The translations under genes and the position numbers were made by a program. Under the pieces are notes generated by a model. The model saw only the letters and a program-made list of their open reading frames with translations, did no database searches and was not told where the DNA came from. Source: Phallusia mammillata (taxonomy: Eukaryota). Taken from it: 64,000 nt of DNA. Below are positions 1-12,000 of the stretch, piece after piece. Each line of letters begins with the position of its first letter. The stretch's first letter is position 1. The DNA lies in contig OZ281494.1 of assembly GCA_965637545.1 (NCBI GenBank), forward strand, positions 35,836,001 to 35,900,000, in the 5' to 3' direction.

Positions 1-3000
1 AGAAGGGTTGTCCTCCACCAAACGCATTTGGGGAGAAACAGCGACCACTCGTGGCACAGTGAAGAGTAGTTGGCGTTTGGCGGTCTCTTTGCGCTTCTCC
101 AATCCCGGGTTGAGGAGTCGGAGGAGCTGGAGGACTCTTTCCTCCCTCCGAGACTCGATCAGACATCCGTCGTTCATCACCTGTAACGTGATTGGCAGGT
201 ATTAGGGGGCGTGACATTAGGCAGGTAAAAACATTCGAGGCAATAAGAAACAATTGTAATATTTTGATTTTAGGATTCGTTCAACGAGGTTTATTGGTTA
301 ATTGCAAAAATGACACTGAGTCAACACCACTTTAGTTCCCAGGAAGTTGCTTGGTCATTGTGAGCCAGTTTACTCTGTGGTGTATGCCCAGTTGTGGCAT
401 CGAACAGCTTGGTGAAGTTACAGTCTGGCAACACTATCCAATACAGCTAGTTCGTTGTCACCACCTGCACTGTTGAGACCTTATAGGATGAAACGGTGTG
501 CCGTGTCTTCAGTTTATATGGATGTTTTTGACATTCTTTCATCAACAACCAAAAAATCGACAATCCAGATTTTTTTTCTTTAATATGCCAAAAAAATTAT
601 CAAACAAGTAGCAGTTTTAATCTTACCAAATATGGATAAATCTTTCCGTTGTGTCCACGGATGTATAGTCTCCTAGCAGCAGTATTGTGTTTCTGCACCA
701 CGTGAACACGAGGCATAAATCGAGCGATTTTGACGTAATAATGGGTGTGTTTGGGCATCAGAAATTCACCGGGAATTTCAACTTCCGCTGTGCTCGCAGA
801 AAAGTTGCTCAAAAACCGACATTTTTCCTCGATCAAAAACGACTTCGGCATTATCTGTGGGTAAGCGTAATAAACTTGTTATTGTTAGCACGATGATACA
901 AGCCAATGTTTTTGTGTAAAATATTACTACGTTGCGAAGTGGTCATTGTTGTTTTGTGATGTGCAATTGTCTTGTCATAAACGGCAATTAAAAAGACGCA
1001 ATCTTGGCAATTCGCGATGAGATTCGAACCAACAACATGAACTAAACCGGCTCAACCTCCAACAACTGAGGTACACGCTGATAAATTAATTCAGACAAGT
1101 TAAATTACATACACCTTTGCCAGCTAGACATCTGGACTTATTGCTTGGGGTCAGCAAATTGCACGCTAACAATATTCGATCACAAAAACACCTTTCAACT
1201 CTTTTATACAAAGCACCCCAAATTCAACAAAGTTTTGTGGAACAAACGCCGAGCTTGCAGTTGGTGAAACTTACAACAACATAATTGTAAGTTCCAACCA
1301 CACTGTGGCATGTAAACATAGTCAGAGTCCATACCTTGGTTTTTGCTTCCAATATTTTGATCCACTTCTTGAGTTTCTGTATGACGTTGTGGAGCTTCAT
1401 TGAACCCGGCAAACTGAAATCGAAGTCGGTTGTGAACTGCGTTTTCATCTTCTGGAAAACCGGGTCTTGCGCTGTGGCCTGATATGCAAATAATCATATA
1501 TGACGTCAACAGGTCATGCCGGGGTCAAACATCATCCTGGCTCAGTGTTTCACGTTCATTAAATAAGGGGAGCAAACATGGTCAGTGTTGTTAAACCAAC
1601 ACCACAATTACTTTGCCCAGTGTGTTTACTACTGTAGAGGCCATGTCAACAATACAACATCAACATGTCAACAATATTTGGCGTTAAAAATTCGATGGAC
1701 AAGATCAAGCGCGTTGGTCGTCATCCGTATAAGCGTTGGATAGGCCTACTTAATTAAAATTAATGGCTTACAGATCACGTGATACACTTACAAGCGTATC
1801 ACGTGACCTGCAACTGTTTAACGTGACTTAAAAGTGTATCACGTGATCTGTAAGTATATCACGTGATCTGTCAGTTTATCACGTGACATGCAACTGTATC
1901 ACGTGACCAGCAACTATATCACGTGACTTGTAAGCGTATTACGTGACCTACAAGTTTATCACGTGATCTGCAATTCCATCACGTGACCTGCCAGTTTATC
2001 ACGTGACCCGCCAGTTTATCACGTGACCCACCTGGACGCGGCGAGCCAACGATTCCGACGCAGCACTGGAGAAAGTCTGTGTGACGTTTGAAACGTTCTC
2101 GATTCCGACTCCGAAAGTTGAAACGAGTTTTCGAACAAAGTTGAGAGTGTGGGGGGTGATTTTCGCGCGGGAAACCGCCGCTTTGTTCTCGAACGCGACG
2201 TTGTAACATTTCGCGAGACCCTGGCAAAGTTGACGGAGAACCTGGAATAAAAACGAAAGCTCAAAAAACAAAGAATGATTAATTTTTTGCGTTAGAAGAA
2301 CCTGAAAATAAAAACAGAAACTTACAGAAAACAGAATAGTGTGGCGTTTACGTTAAAAATCAACCACGCAAAATTTAGTTCTAAACACTCAAGCAAACAG
2401 TAACAAACTGTTTGAAACCTCTTTAAAAAAATCAAACAAAGAAGCTATAGCAGAGAAACGTCACCTCTTCATGCCAATTCTCCCTGAACCAGACCATCTG
2501 GTCGACGATTCCCTCCAGGGATGAGAGAAGAGTTGGATGAAGATCTCTCTGCATGTGCATGATTCTACTACACCTCCACATCGATGGAGTGGCTCTGATT
2601 GGACCAGCATCGCCGCCACTAGATGATGATTGGCTGGATGTCAGCGGCTGCGATTTTGAATCTGCGCGGGAAAACGGATTAATCAAAAAGCGAACAAAGT
2701 AATTTAGCAAGGCACAAGCCCAAGAAAGGCCACAGTTAAGAGTTCGAATCCCACCGCAAGCTACATTTATTCTACACCTTACACATTGTCTCGGCTGTGA
2801 TTCGGTATGAAACCTCTTGCATAATAAATAGTTGTACAATAACATGGAGATTGTAACACTCATGTTTACATGACAAAATTTACAAACATAGGAATAATTG
2901 AGAAAGCAAATGGCAAATAAATGCGCCGTTAAATGCCTGCACTAGTCAATATGCCTTGTTTTGTCACGCTGTAAGCTGTACTGATGAGATCGTATAGGTT

Positions 3001-6000
3001 GAACTGCAAGCACTGTCTGCAGCTTATATTTGTTTGAAAGAAATCTTAACTAACCTTGACTGTCCGGTTGATCAGGCTGCAGTTCCGAACTTTCAGATGT
3101 CTGTAAAATAAATAATTGAGCAAATTAAAATGAATATAAAATTGGTAAATTGGACACATTAGTCGAGTTAAATTACCTCACATTGGTTCAAAAACCTTTA
3201 TTGTTTTTACTTTGAAAATAAAAAAATAATTCATATAATATCAGCATAGAACGGAGGGGACTCCCCACCTGGCTGTCAGTAGAGAGTTTCGGTTTCTTCT
3301 CGCCGCTTGGGGTCGCCTCGGCGCTCTTGTATCTTTCTCGTTGTTCGATTTTCAAAGTCAAGTAGAGAGTCCGGATCGGAAAGTAAACTGCCTGAGGGTA
3401 AACTCGAGCCACCTGAAACGGTATGTTTTTTTTTTCATTAAAAAGTTCCGAAGTTTGCTCGTGGCATCATTAGTTATAGAAACGTTTTAGTTTTCACCAG
3501 CAATACAGAAGGTCAAATATACTCACATGGCTGAGAAGGTTAAGTAACTTTCCACCGTGTCCACAAACTAGACAAGTGAGCAGTTGTGGAACCCAAGCAA
3601 GCCACTGGATCGGAGGGACGCCGACGGAATACTGGGGGAAAGAGGGATAAGTTAGTTGGGGTGGGAAGGTGCCGTAGTATTGTAGATATTGGGGATGACC
3701 ACATATGATTAAGAACTGTGAGTGAATAGTTTTACACAAACTAGATGCTGAGGCGAAAAAAGCAAAAGATAAAATCAGTAACTTTACTGCAAAGACAAGG
3801 TAGCGACAGTTTCGGATGAATAGTTTACTTTCAAAGAAAACATGTCTTAAGTTTATAGATATAAAATGTTAAGTGTTGAAGTGTAAGAGTTTAAACTTTG
3901 ACCCAACAAGTTCTCTTCCAATTCGAATTCATGTTTTAATTTCACAGAACATTATAATAAATAGTTTTTTATCCAAACTCACTTTATCGACGGCCTCGGC
4001 CAACGTGCACTGAGCGTCGTCGTAACTTAGCAACCAGATGACTTTGGCCAAATATTTCCGTGATTTGTGTTCGTTCTGGTGACGACATGCGTGGAGGTAA
4101 CACGTGATCGCTGACACGCCTGAGTGCTCAGCAGTGTTAGGGGGATTCCCGTTCTGAAAAATTGGGAAATATTGACAACTTTATTGCAGGAACTTAAATA
4201 TACATTTAGTCGTTTTACACCGGCAGAATTTGCCGGACCAGAAAGGTTGAAAAAAATATTGTGTTAGAAACTAATGCCGCAAAAAGCACGCAGTTTGCGG
4301 TTTGATCCCCTTTTGATCCTTATTCTGTATCTCTGAGCGAGAAACCTTAACGCCATGGCCTCAAGGGTAGGCTCAAACCCAAACTTTTACCAAGTTTGAG
4401 TCCCAACAAGTGAAAAATAAAATAAAGAAAAAGAAACTCCCAGAGGCAGCAACAATGAGGTTAGAATAACACGAGGTTTAAAATGTTCGAAGGTCTCTGA
4501 AGGTTATAAAGTGTTAAATTGAGTCAAGAGATTTATATTTTTACTCTAGTTGGGAAAGCATAAAGTGCACGAAGGTAGAATCAAAGACAAATAACCAACA
4601 AACACGGCAACAAACCTTGACGAATACAGACTCCAGATAATCTCCCCAGAGAGCCCAGGCTTTCACGAGGTGGTCGTGCATTTGAACGGCGGCAGAGAAA
4701 GCTTTGTTGGCTTCGTCAGATTTTCCTATCTGGGCCAGAAACATTCCCTTTAACGCGTAAAACTCTGCGGTCATCTCGTGTGTGAAATATTTGAGGTTGG
4801 TTGATTCGATCACCTCCAAACCCTGAATCATAAAATTCATTGTAAATTTAAGTGAATGTTGTACTGTCTGGATATAAACCCATAGAATGTTTTGTCTGGT
4901 TAAATATTTCGAACGTAAATCTAGAAAAAGTGGGATCAACAAAAAAATTTGATTTTCTTTTCTAATTAATTCAGTTGGATTTGAATTCTTAAGTATTTCA
5001 GACGTTGAAAAGCAGCAATTTATCACTCATTAATCATTAAACAATTATTTTTCGATTTTCCTTTTTTCCAGGTCAATTAAATCTACTTTCTTTGTAGAAA
5101 TGGTTTAAGAGCCATAAACCAGTTATTCATACAAACAATTCCGCAAAGGTCATTAAAAACAAAAACATATTTTTTCTTGGGGATAGTCAGCCTCGGCGGG
5201 ATTCGAACCCTCAACCCTCTCACCTGCATACATTCGTTCTTCCCCATCACAGCGGCCATCTGCAGATAACACTTGACTTGCTGTCGAATCTTCTGGAAAC
5301 AATCGACGATGGGAACAGAAGGAATAGCGTGGATGCGAGAAAGGGAATCGAGAGCGGAGTTGATCTGACCATGTTTTCTTGCAACCTTTCCATAGTGGAT
5401 GATTGCAGAGGCCGAAGCGTGGACTCCTAACATTGCGTGCGTCGAGTTCGGGTCTTGCTGAGATGCTGACGCTGTGTCGTAAGCTTGCACGATCGCCTGT
5501 TACGACGGGAAGGTTTTGTATATTTAAAAATCTTTCAGGAAAAAGGCTTAACAACATAAAATAAGCTTGCTCTTTATAGATTGTATTTTTTTTATTAAAC
5601 TGTGTTAGCTGGTATGCATATACGATGTAGCTGCAGCGCGTTTAGCAATGATCCACCAATTGTGCCCTTCACCGTTTTGCGCTTAATAACGTTTCAACAT
5701 TGTGCAGCTATTTCCGGCTTGGTGATTGTTTTAGTGCAATTGCGTGGCTACGTTGTCTTTCACCAAGAAATAAACTCAACTCAAAATACATATTCAATTA
5801 TGCAAGTGTTAAATTAGTACCTTTCACTTAAAATTTTAAATATCACTTTGCGTGCTTTGCTATTTGGTAAACTAAGTGGCGAAAATCATTCGATAGAAAA
5901 ACTTTATCTTTACCAGGTGCAGTCAATCCTCAACATCAATCAACTATGGTCAAGTTACAAACGCAACTTTTCAACCAACTCATATACCTGATAATGATGA

Positions 6001-9000
6001 TGTCTCCATGTGAAAATGTCGCTCCAATGAGACAGATCATCTGACGTCATGGGAAGTCGATTCCGCCAAGTTTTCACGATTGCTTTCATGTCGTGAAGCG
6101 AATTGCTCCGACCAATGTTGCTCGGCTGTAGACTTTGATGAACCTAAGAAAGTTTTCACGATACTTTTCATGATAGTTTTTTTCACGATGCCTATTTCGT
6201 TCTAGTTGTAGGTCTTCACGATGCCTTTTCGATGCTTTATGGCTCTAACAATAACTTTTTATCGTGCGTTTAGTTTTTCACGATACCTTTTTTGTGATCA
6301 TTTATGTTTTCACGATATCTTTCATGATAGTTTTATGTTTTAAGATGACTTATGTGGCTTTTAGAACCAACTATTGTAGTTTTTTAAAGTGACCAACAAG
6401 CTTAGCACTCTTGCTTGGTGTCAGTGAGATTCGAACCCACAACCTGTTGCATTTCATCTCAACTAACCTGAGCAGCTTCTTGAAGTTCGATGATTTCCTG
6501 AGCAGCTTGTAGGAGAGGAGTGTGAATGTGAGACACGATACGGGGGATGCGTTTCCATTCCTGTTTGACAAAAGTCATATATGCCACTTCATAAGAATAG
6601 GATATAAAGTTTGTTTATAAATGTATGTATTTTTGCACATATAAAATACGTTTCAAGCAGACTAAAGCATAACTCCAAAAATAATATTTCTGCACAGAAA
6701 ACAATGTTTTATAGTTGAAACACTATTCCAACTTTACATTAGACATGATTTGATTGCAACAAACTTGGCCCAAACCAAACTATTCCGTAAATATAAAATC
6801 AGTTCGGTGTTTCTTCGTAGGTTATCAAATTCAACACTTTCAATATAAATCATAGTACGACAGGCCCATTGAATGCGTAATACCGAATCAGTCGGTCTCC
6901 CAAGCATACCCATATGACAAGAAATGGGCTAGAAAAAGGTGGCCTTTCAATGGCGTGGGGTACTGTGATTTGCATGTGAGCGTGCCGTTATGGTCTGCAT
7001 GAACGCTCCAGCACCTTTTTCTTAAGTTCAATATATTGCTCAAATATTCATCCACAGTTTACACACAATATGGTCGTCCCAGCAATTTACCTTGATAGCT
7101 TGTGAACTCGCCATATCAACCAATCTCTCAATCAGGTTGAGGTGATGATCTTCAGGGTGGCAGATAGCGAGAAATCCCCGGTACATGTAAACTTTCCAGG
7201 CCATCTCTTTCGGGTAAGACATCTCTACTTGGACAAGAGCGTCTGCACAAAGACAAGAAATATATTGAAAGTTACAGCCCACAACTTAATAGAAGAGTTG
7301 CATCTCACTTATGGCATGCCCTGTGCTGCAAAACCGAAAACGACCCTCTTGTTCACGTTTTATGAGGTAGCGTTAAAGAAAAAAAGTTACTGCATTAATC
7401 TTTTAAACAAAGTTTATGGAATACCTGATTTAAGGATGAATTTTGTTTGTCTAATTTTTGACAACCACGCTGAAAGCAACCAAGACAGACAAAACAGCAT
7501 TGAATGTATAACGGACGATGTGGGATTCGAACCCATGATCTTTCGGTTTCAACAAACCAACCTTTCATGTTGTTCCAGTCAGGAAGCCTCCACGCGCATT
7601 CCACCACCAGATGAGGATTGCAAACGCTTTTACAACTTCCATATTCATTCAGGATCTCCCACTGTAACAATACAAGTACTGTGACGTCACAAAAGAGTTT
7701 GGGTACGGTTGGAGTATTTCTCGAACAACAGCACCACTGTATGCATAAACAAACTATCAATATTGTTTTTTTTAGTTTTATGACAATTCTTAGAAACCGT
7801 TTATTTCTGTCAATCAATGTAGAAGGGTTCAAGAAATTTTATGTCATCATTAAGAGTACAAGTGAAAAAAGTTTAGCACACAGACTTGCGACAAAAAATG
7901 TTTCACACTGCTAACAAGTGTAAGTTATAACCTGATTAAGTTCCTGGCAGCATCTGACCCAGTGATCTTCCCAAACTTTGTATTCGGGGATCGCACTGTA
8001 AGGAGCAGGACCCTTGTTGTGTTCTTCACGTGCTTGGGCCATCAAACCTTCGTATGTTGACTGAAAAATATAATCGATTGGTTTGGTTAAGGCAATGACT
8101 CTTAACTCGTTTCAGGCCATGAACCACCTGCCAAGTCGTGGCCCGATTTATTTTCGAGTTTTGTAAAAGTAAGAAAACACAACAAGCATTTTGACCCGAA
8201 ATATTTGGATGGGTGAAGACTATAATGAACCTTATGCTTACTGATTCAAGTTCATGAAAAACATTTAGTCATTCAAGATTTTAAGATAAATAAATTTCGC
8301 CGTTGCTGCATCATCGGTATCCGCACACAAAACCCACTTTATCTATATGTCAACAATTTTATTTACTTGTGCTTGTTCGAAGAATCCCTGCTGTTCGTAT
8401 GACATCGCCTTCGCAGTGTCAGGATAAATACATCTCCTCTGCCACAAACCCGTCCACATGTCTTCCTCACGAAGCAACGAGTAAAGGTCGCACAACGAGT
8501 CCAACACCTAGAAACAGGGAAACTTATACTAGACTGACTTCACTGAATTTGCAACCTGCTTTAAAAACGAGGTTTCCTGCCCTTAATTCGACCAAATAAA
8601 TCGAGCTGCTTCCTTTCTATTCCCACATTATTTCTAGTTACATTCAGTTTTCAACAGCTCAAAAACATGCAAAAATTGATAATTTTAACAAGGCAAAATG
8701 TCTCCAGCATATCACTGATGAAGGTATGGGCATTTGCCGAAACGTTTGAAAAAAGTTGCCTTTTTCCTTGTTTTCCTTGTTTGATATTCGTCATGTAAAT
8801 GTCTTCAACTTGCGGGCATCCGCATTTACAAATTCATACTTTAACCCAAATATTGTTTACATGCCCTTCCAGTTTAATCCCAGAAAACATTTGAAATGTT
8901 ACAAACTACACAGCATCACTCAGCGTCCACTTACCGACTGTTGCTTAGTAACAATGGGGTCAGGTTCGTATGAACTTGAGGTGACAGATTTGACCTTGGA

Positions 9001-12000
9001 CATGTCGAGGCCACATTCTTCTGACATTTGTTCGAGTAGAAGAGCGCACCTGAACCACAAGTTGTGTGTTCTGCAAAATAAAGTTTGGGGGTATAATGGG
9101 GAAAGTTGGTTAGGTTTGTGAATGCCAGAATCCTGTATATGACGACATTATCGTAACATATACAGGAATGAGTCGAACTAGGTTTGAGTACTGTGTAAAA
9201 AGGTTTTGAAAAAGTTGAATGCATCAAGCACCAACAACCTATAATTCACAACTCTGATTAGTTTGTAATAAGTTGTACGCTGGAACATTTTCAGAACAGT
9301 TTATAATTCTATCGCGCCACAAGTTGTAAGCTAAAAGTGTAGAATCTATAATTACAACTTCAATATGAAAAACGTTGCATTTGGCAGTAAATAGAATTCA
9401 AGCAAAAACATAAAATCCCACATTTTGTTACCCAGCCCCAAAAACCACGCAGTAAGTTGTAATAATAAATAATGGATAATATCTCTTCAGACACATGTTA
9501 TGAGATAGGCTGTAGGCAAGATTCGAACCACCAACCCCTGTAACTTACTTTCCGAGGTATTTGATCACTGGTGGTTTGAGTGAAATGCTTGGAACACAAG
9601 TCGTTAGGGATTCCACTACCGTGTGAACAGAGGAAGGCTGGCAATCTTGTTGAACCAAGTGGGATCCGCTGCACACGAAAGCACTGATCTCTCCACTTAA
9701 TATCTGTGGGAGAAATCAAGTTTGATAATCTGATAAAAATGGTGGCGATGTTTGTGGTAAATGGATGACGACCGATATTGAGAATTTAGGCTGGTACAAT
9801 CTGCAATAATTTGTTTAATCTTATCAGATTACTTCATTGCTGTAGTAAGTTATGTTTTTTTTAAGAAATTCTGCATATTCTACCCATATGAACTCGCCCA
9901 ATTGTTCTGTTTGGTTCAATCTTGAGCAGTAACTTAATTTCAAACAATAAAATTTGGTAACTACAAAGTAACATCTTTAAAAAGTGAAAAAAAAAACGAA
10001 TTTCATCTCCAGTAACTGCCATGGTACTTGTGTGATTTAAACCGCTAACTAGGTGGGATTCGAACCATCACCTCTAGTTTGTTGCAGCTAACTTACCGAT
10101 TGTTGTCGTTCAGTGAATGAAGACCAGATCCTCGGGAAAAGTCTGCACCAAACGGTGTGAGCAAGTTGTGAATCGTTGTGACAAAGTTGGGTTGCCGCCA
10201 AAAGGAATGATGACGTACGAGCCTCGGATAAAGACTCCAGGAACATCCAATGTCTGGATGAGATGTAGGAAATTGTACGTTGCAAGAAAATAACTTAAAC
10301 TTGTTAAAACAAAAACGTTTAAACAATGTCACTTTTTACGTCTATTTGGACCGTTATATTCATCATTAAACTTATTAACAGATCCGTACATAGTGTTTCA
10401 GACGTAAGAAAAATGTAAACAAGATACGCCAATAAATTATCTCACAATCCGTTAAAATTACGTCACAATCACGTCACCTTTGTATGACAGTATTGAGTTG
10501 TTGAGTTGCGTCACTTGCTTCCATGGAAACGGGAGGTTTCTTGGACGATCCGTGTTTCTTTCCATCATCTCCCTGATCCATCATCGATTCAACTTCCTGA
10601 CGAAAATGTCAAAACATAACATAAATATCACAAGCATCATATGCTGCACTAGCCAATACGGCCGATCTCTCGTCACCAGCTGCACTAACAAGACCTTATA
10701 GGTCGAAACAGTGCAGCTTATCATTTATTGGCCCGATGCTTTTACTTAAACATCATGTTTTCATAAAGTTACAAGCCTGGGAAATTACGCGTATGAAAAA
10801 CGCAATCCGAGAGAATATCTGAATCAGACAAAGTTTCGCGTAAAATAGGCCACAATTGTTGGTGACATCATCCATCTTTTATCTTAGTTTTCGAATTACC
10901 CGACGCACAGGGCATGGTGACGTCATTAAGAAAATGAGAAGATCGGACAAAGTTTCGTCCAAACAGAAAAAAAAACATTTTCGAATCTAACTTCCAGAAA
11001 AATCAAAACGGACTGAACATTGTGACCTCTTCACAAGAATGGCAAGATATGAAAAAAACTCGCTGCAATCACATCACACATATTTTTGATCGATTTTTCC
11101 AACTTTCAACTTTCTGGCAAAATACGTCAGACTTTTTGCTAACGTCACAAATTTTTTATCCCAGTTTCCGAAAATCAAACTAACTGAACGTTGTATAAAC
11201 TCGCCCAAACAGACAAAATTACGTCACAGCAGTTGGTGATGTCACATATTTTTAAATCCTAGTTTTCAAAGATCACACATGTTCGTGACGACAAGCTATT
11301 TTTTGTCCAAATTATTTTGTAGGAATTCAAACTCACCTCTTCTTTGCCGTCGACGTCGATGTCCATCGGCTCGGTTTTCACTTTGGCGAGAGAATTAAAA
11401 GCGTCGCGCTCCGTTGCGTCCGCCAAGCTGATCACGTGAGTAATGGCCGGAAGCAAGTAGGGGCTTCCCCTGCCGATAATGGATGAGTCGCGGTCGCACA
11501 CAGAGAAGATGAGCTGTGGGTGAATAAATAAAAATTAAGGTTGTGTTGTTGAAAAAATAAACAAACAAAAACTGTGGCATTTGTGTTCGACAGAAGCAAT
11601 CTACAGAAAAACAAACAAATAAAAACCAACAAATACAAGTTGAACCTTTTTTTGTCATAAGACGAAAAAACCTTACATAGGGGAGCACGCTGACAAAAGT
11701 TTTGGGCACAAAACTCGCAGGTTCCGACACAAACAAACCGACAGCGACAATCGACCTACAATAACAACTACAGACAACCAGTCTTACCTCAATGCATTGT
11801 TTGATCCAGTAATGCGATCCCATGGCCTCCCAGTTTTGTGAGCAAGTTATATAAAGAAGTCGATCGAACAAATTCCTTCTAACACTTCCGTCAAAAACTT
11901 CGAAGAAAGCTTTCCTGCTGGTTGGTTGGAAACATCGCAAACCCGCAAGAAATGCTGGTTCCAATTTGCTCGTAAGTTCGCTTCCACTTAATGTGTCGTC

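Noticed and set aside
1-180. Active PI3K-like kinase
   Set aside because: The sequence YPYLVMNDACLTESRREER lacks the catalytic lysine context, which is the known TRRAP pseudokinase state and not novel.
1775-2026. CRISPR-like look (constant core with variable spacers)
   Set aside because: The core is 8 bp and the linkers are 12 bp and mutually related; the locus is a eukaryotic intron with no cas genes. It is a minisatellite.
7142-7684. 180-aa plus-strand ORF
   Set aside because: Antisense to two TRRAP exons and an intron; no recognisable protein features.
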